A stretch of 32,000 bases of DNA from Dickeya solani IPO 2222 (lineage in GTDB: Bacteria > Pseudomonadota > Gammaproteobacteria > Enterobacterales > Enterobacteriaceae): the NCBI RefSeq assembly GCF_001644705.1, contig NZ_CP015137.1, positions 210,001 through 242,000 on the forward strand, given 5' to 3'. Within the stretch, counting starts at the first letter, position 1, and every line of letters starts with the position of its first letter. A program made the translations under genes and the position numbers. This document shows positions 11,931 to 19,748 of this stretch, piece by piece. A model generated the notes under the pieces. That model was not told where the DNA came from. It worked only from the letters and a program-made list of their open reading frames with translations, and searched no databases.

Positions 11931-13004
11931 ATGAAAAAAAACCTCAAAATTCGTGAAATCGCCATGCAAACCGGTTTCTCCGTCAGTACCGTTTCCCGGG
12001 TGCTGGCGGGCAAATCCAATACCAGCGATGCGGCACGGACGCGAATTCTGACCTCCGCCCGGCAATACGGCGTGATGGACAACCTGGCCACCGGCCGTTT
12101 GCTGCTTAATAGCCTGACGGTGTTCGCGCCGGAGCGCGCCTTTAATAGCCGGGCGGACATTTTCTACCATAAGGTACTGGAAGGTATTCTCGACTCGCTG
12201 AACTCGCACGATGTGCGTCTGCGCTACTGCGGGCTGGCGGAAAACGACAGCGATGCGTCGCTGTTTCTGGAAAAAATGTCGTCGCCGGAAACCGAAGGCG
12301 CCATTCTGATCGGCATTGATGACCCTTATATCCACGCACTGGCGGCCGAATTGAACAAACCCTGCGTGCTGGTCAACTGTTTCGATCACAAAATGAAATT
12401 GTCCGGCGTGTCGCCTGCGCACCAGCTTATCGGCGAATTTGCCGCCAACTATCTGATCGACCAGGGGCATCGTCAGATTCTGACCCTGCTATGCCTGCGG
12501 CGCTACACCATGGAGTGGCGACTGGCAGGAATCCGCGATGCCTATCAACAGCACAATCTGCCTTTTATTGATGACACCCACCTGCTGACGCCTCGCGGCT
12601 TTGGTAGCGCGGAAACGGAACAGGCCGTCGCTGATTTTCTGGCCGCCTGCCCGCGGGAACAGTACCCGACCGCCATACTGGCGGGCGGCGACTTTATGGC
12701 GGTGGGTGCCGTCAATGCGCTGCATAAAGCAAAGCTGCGCGTGCCGCAGGATATCTCGGTGATGAGTATGGATAGCGCCAATCTGGCGGCGGTGCACGAT
12801 ATTCCGCTGACATCCGTACTGATCCCGCGTGAAGAGCTGGGGCGAGAAGCAGTCAGGTTGTTGCAGCGTCAGTTGATGCAGCCGGGACGGGGTACAGGCA
12901 ATATTCTGCTTAACGGCACGCTGGTGGTGAGAGATTCGGTCAAACGCATTCGGCCCAGCCAACACCACTCGCCGGTGCAGGATACCGATTTATATGATGC
13001 CTGA
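11931..13004 (+). CDS. LacI/GalR-family transcriptional regulator (357 aa from this start)
   Basis: N-terminal HTH MKKNLKIREIAMQTGFSVSTVSRVLAG followed by a periplasmic-binding-protein-like sugar-binding core. The track ORF starts at 11826, but LacI-family HTHs sit at the extreme N-terminus, so I prefer the ATG at 11931. The ATG at 11905 is an alternative. Transcribed divergently from the MFS-GH31 operon. Confidence 0.85.
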   Translation: MKKNLKIREIAMQTGFSVSTVSRVLAGKSNTSDAARTRILTSARQYGVMDNLATGRLLLNSLTVFAPERAFNSRADIFYHKVLEGILDSLNSHDVRLRYCGLAENDSDASLFLEKMSSPETEGAILIGIDDPYIHALAAELNKPCVLVNCFDHKMKLSGVSPAHQLIGEFAANYLIDQGHRQILTLLCLRRYTMEWRLAGIRDAYQQHNLPFIDDTHLLTPRGFGSAETEQAVADFLAACPREQYPTAILAGGDFMAVGAVNALHKAKLRVPQDISVMSMDSANLAAVHDIPLTSVLIPREELGREAVRLLQRQLMQPGRGTGNILLNGTLVVRDSVKRIRPSQHHSPVQDTDLYDA

Positions 13005-13030
13005 GTCAGGCGGACGTGTATTCACGACAT

Positions 13031-13066
13031 CAGGCCCGCGGTCAGCAGCGTGACAACGCGGGCCTG
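13031..13066. terminator. Long GC-rich hairpin between the convergent LacI-type gene and ycfJ (possible bidirectional terminator or RNA stabiliser)
   Basis: CAGGCCCGCG (13031-13040) pairs perfectly with CGCGGGCCTG (13057-13066). Inner GTCA/TGAC pairs extend the stem. There is no U-tract on either strand. Confidence 0.4.
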
Positions 13067-13079
13067 CCTGTCCACCGCA

Positions 13080-13619
13080 TCAGCTGGACTTATTGAGAAT
13101 CAGCTGGCCGTTGCGATCGAGCGGGATACGGGTACCGGGATCACTCTCCATCCGGACTTTTCCTTCCTGATCACCGATTTTATAGGTGACATCATAACCC
13201 AGCACTTTCTGCGACTTGTCATACACCGTCTGGCAACGCTGCTGCGTGGAAGTCGTGGTATCACCGTCCTGCATTTTTCCCTGCACCTGATTGCCGGCGT
13301 AACCGCCGGCCAGCGCGCCGGCTACCGTCGCCACATCACGACCACGGCCGTTACCGAACTGGTGCCCCAGCACGCTGCCGGCTACCGCGCCCAGCAACGA
13401 CCCGGCGATACGGTTTTCATCCTGTACCGGCTGGCGATGCGTCACGGTAACATTACGGCATTCCTGACGCGGCGTTTTCACGGTTTCTTTGATAGGTGTT
13501 GCTGTCAGCACCTGTGCAAACTGCGGCCTGGACGCAAACACATCCAGACTGGCGACGGCTGCCACGCCCAGAGCGGCAGCCATACCAATACCCACACCCG
13601 CTAACATTGACTTGTTCAC
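13080..13619 (-). CDS. ycfJ: YcfJ, glycine-zipper (Rickettsia 17 kDa antigen-like) membrane protein (179 aa)
   Basis: Collinear with E. coli YcfJ (MNKSMLAGIGIG...TPIKETVKTPRQECRNVTVTHR...YDVTYKIGDQ). GTG start at 13619 is preceded by AGGAGG with a 6-nt spacer. The track ORF start at 13688 is an over-extension. Confidence 0.9.
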   Translation of the reverse strand: MNKSMLAGVGIGMAAALGVAAVASLDVFASRPQFAQVLTATPIKETVKTPRQECRNVTVTHRQPVQDENRIAGSLLGAVAGSVLGHQFGNGRGRDVATVAGALAGGYAGNQVQGKMQDGDTTTSTQQRCQTVYDKSQKVLGYDVTYKIGDQEGKVRMESDPGTRIPLDRNGQLILNKSS

Positions 13620-13928
13620 AGGAAACCTCCTGAATAAATAACCACGCATCCTCCATCTCACCCTGCGCTGAGCACACTGACGGCTCATGGCGGGCTGATG
13701 GCTTCTTACCCGAAAGCCCCACCTTCCGGTTCCGGGGCGCGGCGTGCGCGCTACGCCGCCTGACGTGATGAAGTCTGCCTAATCCACCCGGTACTCTCAA
13801 TCGGATTTCTACCCCAAAAAGGTTGCACAGATAACAAAACTGTCACATTTGAGAGTTTTCTTACCTTTAGTTGGTGTTAGTGCAATATTTTATTCTGTGA
13901 TGTAATCGATATAGCGGGGAATAACAGG

Positions 13929-13950
13929 TCGCCCGCCGAATAGCGGGCAA
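13929..13950 (-). terminator. Candidate ndh terminator hairpin
   Basis: On the minus strand, GCCCGC-tattcg-GCGGGC lies about 30 nt after the ndh stop. The U-tract is weak (gacctgttatt). Confidence 0.35.
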
Positions 13951-13979
13951 CCGAGACGCCAGACCAGAGTAATCCGGCC

Positions 13980-15287
13980 TTAATGCAGTTTGAGACGCGG
14001 GCGAATCACCCGGTTGATGCTGCCGACCAGCATCATCAGGCCGGTCTTGATGTAGCCATGCAACGCAATCTGATGCATGCGATACAGCGAAATGTAAACG
14101 AAGCGGGCAATACGCCCTTCCACCATCACCGAGCCACGCATCAGGTTGCCCATCAGGCTGCCGACGGTACTGAATTTGGACAGTGACACCAGCGATCCGT
14201 GGTCTTTGTAGACGTAAGGCTTCAGCGACTGATTATTCATCAGCGCCAGAATGTTGCTGTAACAACGCGACGCCATTTGATGCGCGGCCTGCGCGCGTGG
14301 CGGCACAAAACCGCCGCCCGATTGTGGGCAGGACGCGCAATCGCCGATGGCGAAAATGGCCGGATCGCGTGTGGTTTGCAGCGTCGGCTCCACCACCAGT
14401 TGGTTAATTCGGTTGGTTTCCAGACCGGCAATGTCTTTCATGGCGTCGGCCGCCTTGATCCCCGCCGCCCATACCATCAGATCGGCGTCGATAAACTCGC
14501 CGTCCTTGGTGTTCAGGCCGTTTTGCTGAGCGCTGGTCACCATGGTTTGGGTCAGCACCCGAACACCAAGCTTGGTCAGTTCATGGTGCGCCGCAGCAGA
14601 AATGCGCGGCGGCAGCGCCGGCAGAATACGCTCACCCGCTTCCACCAGCGTGACGTTGAGCGCCTGATTGCTGAGGCTGTCAAAGCCGTAGCTGTGCAGC
14701 TGTTTCACCGCGTTGTGCAGTTCGGCGGACAGCTCCACCCCGGTGGCGCCCCCTCCGACAATCGCGATATTGACCTTCTCTTTCTCTCCCTGAGAGGCAG
14801 AGAATTTGAGGAACAGATTGAGCATTTCGTTATGGAAACGGCGGGCCTGTTTCGGGTTGTCCAGGAAAATGCAGTGATCTTTAACGCCCGGCGTGCCGAA
14901 GTCATTAGAGGTACTGCCCAGTGCCACCACCAGAATGTCGTACGACAGTGAACGGGCCGCCACCAGCAGTTCCCCCTGCTCACCGCAGATCTCGTCCAGT
15001 TGGATGGTACGCTGTTCACGGTCGATGCCGGTCAGCATGCCCAACTGGAAATTGAAGTGATGGTTACGGGCATGCGCCAGGTAGCTCAGCGCATCCATGT
15101 CATCATCCAGCGAGCCGGTCGCCACTTCGTGCAACAGCGGTTTCCACAGGTGGCTGTGGTTGCGATCCACCAGTGTTATTTCTACCTTCTTCTTACGACC
15201 CAGCTTATGCCCCAGACTGGTTGCCAGCTCCAGCCCTCCGGCGCCACCGCCGACAATCACGATTTTCTTGATTGGCAATGATGTCAA
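13980..15287 (-). CDS. ndh: NADH:quinone oxidoreductase type II (NDH-2), 435 aa
   Basis: Near-identical layout to E. coli Ndh ([14 protein letters not shown]..., two GxGxxG folds, C-terminal [12 protein letters not shown]). I propose the TTG start at 15287 (giving [10 protein letters not shown], compare E. coli MTTPLKKIV), preceded by a GGGGG SD. The track start at 15338 adds 17 non-conserved residues. Confidence 0.93.
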   Translation of the reverse strand: MTSLPIKKIVIVGGGAGGLELATSLGHKLGRKKKVEITLVDRNHSHLWKPLLHEVATGSLDDDMDALSYLAHARNHHFNFQLGMLTGIDREQRTIQLDEICGEQGELLVAARSLSYDILVVALGSTSNDFGTPGVKDHCIFLDNPKQARRFHNEMLNLFLKFSASQGEKEKVNIAIVGGGATGVELSAELHNAVKQLHSYGFDSLSNQALNVTLVEAGERILPALPPRISAAAHHELTKLGVRVLTQTMVTSAQQNGLNTKDGEFIDADLMVWAAGIKAADAMKDIAGLETNRINQLVVEPTLQTTRDPAIFAIGDCASCPQSGGGFVPPRAQAAHQMASRCYSNILALMNNQSLKPYVYKDHGSLVSLSKFSTVGSLMGNLMRGSVMVEGRIARFVYISLYRMHQIALHGYIKTGLMMLVGSINRVIRPRLKLH

Positions 15288-15424
15288 AATGACCCCCTGA
15301 AAATTTGTGAACCAATAGTTAATAAAGGGTAAAAACAATATCCTTATATTACATATGGTTATGAAAATAAAAATTAGATATATGCAATGAGAATAGCATG
15401 CACGGTCATTTGGTCATACCAAAA

Positions 15425-15438
15425 TTGATTTATATCAA
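15425..15438. promoter_or_regulatory. FNR binding site (perfect TTGAT-N4-ATCAA) in the ndh promoter region
   Basis: TTGATTTATATCAA matches the FNR consensus half-sites 10/10. It lies about 144 nt upstream of the ndh start in an AT-rich intergenic region. E. coli ndh is a classic FNR-repressed promoter. Confidence 0.75.
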
Positions 15439-15522
15439 TTTATTTTAGTTACAGATCGTCAGGGCTGAGAATTAGACGTTGAGATCCAACAAGTTAGTGC
15501 AGCAGGTCAGCAGAGGGAAAGC

Positions 15523-15557
15523 GGCTGTCGCCCCTGCCTGGCGCGGGTTCGACAGCC
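15523..15557 (-). terminator. Candidate ycfP (operon-end) terminator hairpin
   Basis: GGCTGTCG (15523-15530) pairs with CGACAGCC (15550-15557), about 25 nt after the ycfP stop. On the minus strand it is followed by GCTTTCCCTCT. The loop is long and the U-tract weak. Confidence 0.3.
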
Positions 15558-15581
15558 ACAAAAACAGTCATAGAGGCACCA

Positions 15582-16124
15582 TCACCCCAGAGATTTGAAA
15601 GCCTTGATGCGTTGCAGATGTGAAGAGATATCGCGGAATTTATGACCTTCGTTCTCGTTCCAGATGATTTCGTAGTATTCCCCCAGCAAACAGGCGCTAC
15701 GCTGGTTATTTAGCATTTCATCGTGGCGCGACAGCACCACCATACAGCGATCGCGGTTTTTCTCGCGGAAATTCTCCACGCATTTGGTGGCAATATCAGC
15801 GTACTCTTCCGGGCGATCGATTTTACCTTCCATGTTTTCTTGCGGGAACAGATTAGGGTTGAACATGACCTGACGGATATCGCACAGGAAACCGATGCGT
15901 TCAGCCCAGAATCCGCCCAGCCCGACGCCGCAAATCAGCGGGCGGTTATCTGCATTCAATTGCAGCACCTTGTCCACTTCCCTGAGCAGATGCTGCATGT
16001 CATGGCGCGGATGCAGGGTACTGTAGCTCACCAGCCGGACATCCGGGTCAATGAACTGCAACTGCAGCACTTTCTCATGATTACCCGGACTGCTTGAATC
16101 AAAACCGTGCAAATAAATGATCAT
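15582..16124 (-). CDS. ycfP: YcfP, UPF0227 alpha/beta-hydrolase-fold protein (180 aa)
   Basis: Collinear with E. coli YcfP starting [31 protein letters not shown]. I chose the start at the [11 protein letters not shown] (16124) rather than the track start at 16148. Confidence 0.92.
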   Translation of the reverse strand: MIIYLHGFDSSSPGNHEKVLQLQFIDPDVRLVSYSTLHPRHDMQHLLREVDKVLQLNADNRPLICGVGLGGFWAERIGFLCDIRQVMFNPNLFPQENMEGKIDRPEEYADIATKCVENFREKNRDRCMVVLSRHDEMLNNQRSACLLGEYYEIIWNENEGHKFRDISSHLQRIKAFKSLG

Positions 16125-16160
16125 CGGTGCCTTCCCTCCAAGCCTCATGTAACGGGTGAT

Positions 16161-17186
16161 TTAACCGGCGGCCTTGTGTGCCTGCCAGCGTTCACTCAGT
16201 GCCGTCAACTGCGACGTCGCCTGCTTCCAACGCGATGAATTCAACAGTTCCCGACGTGTGATCAATCCCCGATGATAGAGCGTCTCCAGCCCCGGTACTT
16301 TGACCGGAGACAGGTTATCCAACACGCTGATCGCGCCCTGCCGCTGATTACAAACCAGGATCATGTCGCATCCCGCATCCAACGCCGCCTGCGCGCGCTC
16401 AGCATAACCGCCCATCACCGCCGCGCCTTCCATCGACAGGTCATCGGAGAAAATGATGCCGCCGAACCCCAGCTCCTGACGCAACACCTGTTTAAGCCAG
16501 TAAGGCGACCCGCTGGCCGGACGCGGATCGGCATCGGTATAAATCACGTGCGCCGGCATCACCGCATCCAACTGCTGACGGGCGATCAGTTCCCGAAAAA
16601 CCCGCATATCCCGCTGCTGAATGTGCGCCAGCGGCCGCTCATCCCGCGGCGTTTCCTTGTGGGAATCCGCCGTTACCGCGCCGTGTCCGGGGAAATGTTT
16701 GCCTGTCGCCTTCATGCCGGCGGCGCGCATGCCGGCAATAAAACGTTCCGCCACCGCCAGCAAGGTGTCCGGGTCGTTGTGGAAAGCACGATCGCCAATC
16801 GCCGCGCTCTGGTGCCCGACATCCAACACCGGCGCGAAGCTGATATCAATATCCATGGCGATCATCTCCGCCGCCATCACCCAGCCCGCTTCTTCCGCCA
16901 GCCGTTGCGCCTGCGGCAACGGGTTCAACGCGGCAAACGACTGCGCGGCCGGCAGCGCGGTAAAACCGTCGCGAAACCGCTGCACGCGGCCGCCTTCCTG
17001 ATCGACCGACACCACCAGCCGCTCGCGAGAGGCGCGACGCATCTGACGTACCAGCTCCGCCAGTTGCTCGGCGTCGTGAAAGTTACGGCTAAACAGGATC
17101 ACGCCGCCCACCAGCGGATGCGCCAGCACCTCGCGATCTTCCGCGTCCAGCTCATAGCCGGCCACATCTAACATTAACGGCCCCAC
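16161..17186 (-). CDS. nagZ: Beta-N-acetylhexosaminidase NagZ (GH3, peptidoglycan recycling), 341 aa
   Basis: Collinear with E. coli NagZ (GPxMLDVxGYELDAEERE..., [17 protein letters not shown]). GTG start at 17186 (E. coli begins MGPVMLDV) is preceded by GAAGGGG. The track start at 17228 is a TTG inside a tandem repeat. Confidence 0.93.
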   Translation of the reverse strand: MGPLMLDVAGYELDAEDREVLAHPLVGGVILFSRNFHDAEQLAELVRQMRRASRERLVVSVDQEGGRVQRFRDGFTALPAAQSFAALNPLPQAQRLAEEAGWVMAAEMIAMDIDISFAPVLDVGHQSAAIGDRAFHNDPDTLLAVAERFIAGMRAAGMKATGKHFPGHGAVTADSHKETPRDERPLAHIQQRDMRVFRELIARQQLDAVMPAHVIYTDADPRPASGSPYWLKQVLRQELGFGGIIFSDDLSMEGAAVMGGYAERAQAALDAGCDMILVCNQRQGAISVLDNLSPVKVPGLETLYHRGLITRRELLNSSRWKQATSQLTALSERWQAHKAAG

Positions 17187-17202
17187 AAACACCCCTTCTG
17201 TA

Positions 17203-17286
17203 TGATTGCCAAATGGCCTGATGGTCAAATCGACACGACGGTCAAATCGGCATGACGGTCAAAATGGCATAATAGCCAAACGGCCC
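17203..17286. repeat. Tandem repeat array, 17-nt unit, 3 well-conserved plus 2 degenerate flanking copies, in the thiK-nagZ intergenic region
   Basis: Plus-strand copies are tgattgccaaatggcc (17203-17218), tgatggtcaaatcgaca (17219-17235), cgacggtcaaatcggca (17236-17252), tgacggtcaaaatggca (17253-17269) and taatagccaaacggccc (17270-17286). The best copy contains the 9-bp palindrome TGAC-G-GTCA. Confidence 0.85.
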
Positions 17287-17315
17287 GCGCAAACACCCGT
17301 TCCGGCGGGAAAGGC

Positions 17316-18179
17316 TTAACCGCACCATCCCGCTGCCCACCGTAACGCGTCAGCCGTCTGTCGGTAATACGTCTCACCACTCTGCCGCCAGCGGACTTCG
17401 AACCACATCAGCACCAGATAATCCACCCAATATTGCCAGCGCGCCACCTGCCGCCGCAATGATGCCGGGCGCAGGTGACGCCAGTGCCGGCAATACGCCT
17501 GTAAAAAATCCTGCTGACGCGCGTCATCCAGCTCGCAGGCCCGGAACAACAACGCCAGCTCCAGCCCGATATCGCCGTCCGCGGCGTACTCCCAGTCAAT
17601 CAATCGCCAGCCGGCCTCGGTATGCAGCAGGTTACCGGGATGCACATCCAGATGCAGCGGCGCGCTCAGTAACGGCGTCGGCAACGGTCTTTCCACCACC
17701 TGCCGATAGGCGCGTCTCAGACGCGGCGAGCGCCGGGCCGGGTCCATATGGTGCCAGTGCTGCGTCATCAGACGTTTCAACGGCAGCGGATAGCCATAAC
17801 GCGGCTGATGATGCAGACGCGCCAGCATCGCCGCCAGCTGTCCTTCCGCCAGCGACTGCGCAAACCGGCGCGCATCGGCCGGCTCGCCCGCCAGCCACTC
17901 CACCAGCAACCAGCCATCGCGCCAGCACACCGGATGCGGCGCCAGCGACTGCCCGGCCAGTTGCCGCAGCACATGAAATTCGCGCTGTCGGGAAGTGCCG
18001 AGCTGGCGTCCCTGCGGCGTTTCGCCGCGTGCCAGCCACAGCCCGGCCGGAGAATAAACGCGCCAGCTCTGGTGACTCAGGCCGTTGACCGGCTGTAAAT
18101 AAAAACCGGCGGTCGCTACCGCCGGCAGAGCCTGTTGCAACAGCGCGTTCAGCGCCTCATTGCTGGCGAACCGTACCAT
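17316..18179 (-). CDS. thiK: Thiamine kinase ThiK (YcfN), 287 aa
   Basis: Aminoglycoside/choline-kinase fold motifs HLDVHPGNLL and LIDWEYAADGD. Position and sequence are collinear with E. coli ThiK. The start overlaps the lpoB 3' end by 23 nt. Confidence 0.88.
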   Translation of the reverse strand: MVRFASNEALNALLQQALPAVATAGFYLQPVNGLSHQSWRVYSPAGLWLARGETPQGRQLGTSRQREFHVLRQLAGQSLAPHPVCWRDGWLLVEWLAGEPADARRFAQSLAEGQLAAMLARLHHQPRYGYPLPLKRLMTQHWHHMDPARRSPRLRRAYRQVVERPLPTPLLSAPLHLDVHPGNLLHTEAGWRLIDWEYAADGDIGLELALLFRACELDDARQQDFLQAYCRHWRHLRPASLRRQVARWQYWVDYLVLMWFEVRWRQSGETYYRQTADALRWAAGWCG

Positions 18180-18747
18180 TACCGGACCAGACGATCTCGC
18201 CGGTCTGCACCAGCATCAGTTGCATCGACAGCTCCGGTGACTTCACGTCCCCGCTGGCGTCGGCATACAGCACGTATTGGGCGCCGACATAACGGGCCAA
18301 CCCCACCGCTTTGCTGCGCGATTCGAGGCTGTCTTCTTCCGACAATCCCAGCGACTGCCGGGCAACGCCCAGCTGTTCGCGCGACACCATCGTAAACTGC
18401 CCGGAAGACGCCAGCGCGTTATACAGCGCCGTGGTCGCCTGAGCGGTCTGCAGCGAACCGTTGGTGTTATTTTTAAGCTTGTTCAGCAGCAGAATGCTGC
18501 CCTTGGCGATACCGTCGGTTTTCACCATCTGCCCCACCAGCGGCGTAACCGCGGCCGACCAGTCCAGCACCGGCACCTGAATCTTCGGCGGCGTCGGCAA
18601 TGGCTGACTTTCTGACGGCGGCAACTGCGGTTTCGACGGTGTGGGAACGGCGGGTTCGATAGTGGCCGGTTGCTCCGTTTGCGGCGCGCGGCTGGTACAG
18701 CCTGCAATCACCAGCGCCATCAGCACGATGCCAAGATATTTTTTCAT
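18157..18747 (-). CDS. lpoB: Penicillin-binding protein 1B activator lipoprotein LpoB (196 aa)
   Basis: Lipobox LVIAGC, a Pro-rich linker, and a C-terminal domain collinear with E. coli LpoB (...VLYxxASGxVxxPxLxMQLMLVQTGEIxWSGxGxVxQQ). ATG at 18747 has a GAGAGGA SD. The track start at 18765 is over-extended. Confidence 0.92.
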   Translation of the reverse strand: MKKYLGIVLMALVIAGCTSRAPQTEQPATIEPAVPTPSKPQLPPSESQPLPTPPKIQVPVLDWSAAVTPLVGQMVKTDGIAKGSILLLNKLKNNTNGSLQTAQATTALYNALASSGQFTMVSREQLGVARQSLGLSEEDSLESRSKAVGLARYVGAQYVLYADASGDVKSPELSMQLMLVQTGEIVWSGNGTVRQQ

Positions 18748-18768
18748 GTCTGTCCTCTCAATCACGCC

Positions 18769-19152
18769 TCAGAGAAAAAGATAAAGCCGAACCTGGCTGG
18801 CTGCCGGATTAGCGTGCGTGGCCACAAGGGAGATATCCGTATGGGCAGGAATTACCGCCGTCTGGCTGACATCCAGCGGCGGCACATCCAACCCCTGTTG
18901 ATCATACCAGTAAAAACGGTAGTGCAGCGTTACCGGCTGTTCCGACGCATTGCTGATACGGGCCGACGCCTGCTGACCTGCGCCGCCACGCGACAACGAC
19001 GGACGAGAAGCGCTAATGCCGGCCGCCATCACCGAGGCGTCCAGCACCAGCGTCTGTTTGGAGTTAATGGGCAGACTGGCCGTTTTGCTGCATCCGACAA
19101 GCGACATGCCCAGCAGCAGGGCGGCCAGTGCGCCTGATGAAAATACGCGCAT
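18769..19152 (-). CDS. ycfL: YcfL family lipoprotein (127 aa)
   Basis: Signal peptide plus lipobox (LLLGMSLVGCS). Size and position between hinT and lpoB match E. coli. The YRFYWYDxQGL motif of the YcfL family is present. Confidence 0.88.
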   Translation of the reverse strand: MRVFSSGALAALLLGMSLVGCSKTASLPINSKQTLVLDASVMAAGISASRPSLSRGGAGQQASARISNASEQPVTLHYRFYWYDQQGLDVPPLDVSQTAVIPAHTDISLVATHANPAASQVRLYLFL

Positions 19153-19159
19153 GACCGCA

Positions 19160-19510
19160 TCAACCGGCCAGCAACGGACCCAGCGGGCGGCCGCCCAGCA
19201 GATGCATATGGATGTGATACACCTCCTGACCGCCGTGGCGATTGCAGTTGATGATCAGGCGGTAACCGTCCTCCGCAATCCCTTCCTGACGGGCAATGCT
19301 GCCCGCGACGGTGATCATGCGGCCGAGCGCCGCTTCATGTTCCGGCGCGGTGTCATTCACGGTGGGAATCAGCACATTCGGCACAATCAGAATGTGGGTG
19401 GGAGTACGTGGCGCGATGTCGCGAAAGGCGGTCACCAGTTCATCCTGATACACGATATCGGCGGGGATTTCCCGACGAATGATTTTACTGAAAATGATTT
19501 CTTCAGCCAT
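19160..19510 (-). CDS. hinT: HIT-family purine nucleoside phosphoramidase HinT (116 aa)
   Basis: Histidine-triad motif HIHMHLL, with N-terminal [23 protein letters not shown] collinear with E. coli HinT. Confidence 0.96.
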   Translation of the reverse strand: MAEEIIFSKIIRREIPADIVYQDELVTAFRDIAPRTPTHILIVPNVLIPTVNDTAPEHEAALGRMITVAGSIARQEGIAEDGYRLIINCNRHGGQEVYHIHMHLLGGRPLGPLLAG

Positions 19511-19567
19511 AACACAGTTCCTTTAAAAACGAGCGCTGTTCAACGATGCGGCCTGCAGTATGAGTGA

Positions 19568-19694
19568 TATACCCGTCATACTTCAAGTTGCAGGTGCGTT
19601 GGCTGCCCTCACTCACCCCAGTCACTTACTTATGTAAGCTCCTGAGGATTCACTCGGTTGCCGCCTTCCTGTAACTTGAATTATTTAGGGTATA
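19568..19694. repeat. Canonical 127-bp ERIC/IRU element
   Basis: Contains ATGTAAGCTCCTGAGGATTCAC (19632-19653), which matches the ERIC1R primer sequence 21/22. Also contains the reverse complement of AAGTAAGTGACTGGGGTGAGTG, which matches ERIC2 21/22. Terminal inverted repeats are tatacccgtcatacttcaagttgcag and ctgtaacttgaattatttagggtata. Confidence 0.92.
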
Positions 19695-19748
19695 AATCCA
19701 ATACTTTTCAACTCTCTTTGTCGGTGCTCGCCACGCGTTGCACCGGCG

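Noticed and set aside
3600-13070. The accessory block as a mobile genetic element or genomic island with mobility genes
   Set aside because: No integrase, transposase, tRNA target, flanking direct repeats or conjugation or phage genes are visible. It is best described only as a lineage-variable region.
17203-17286. Whether the tandem arrays (here, 6875-6921, 20995-21051 and 27229-27258) are CRISPR arrays
   Set aside because: The repeats are head-to-tail with no unique spacers, the units are only 14-17 nt, and no cas genes are present. They are simple tandem repeats.
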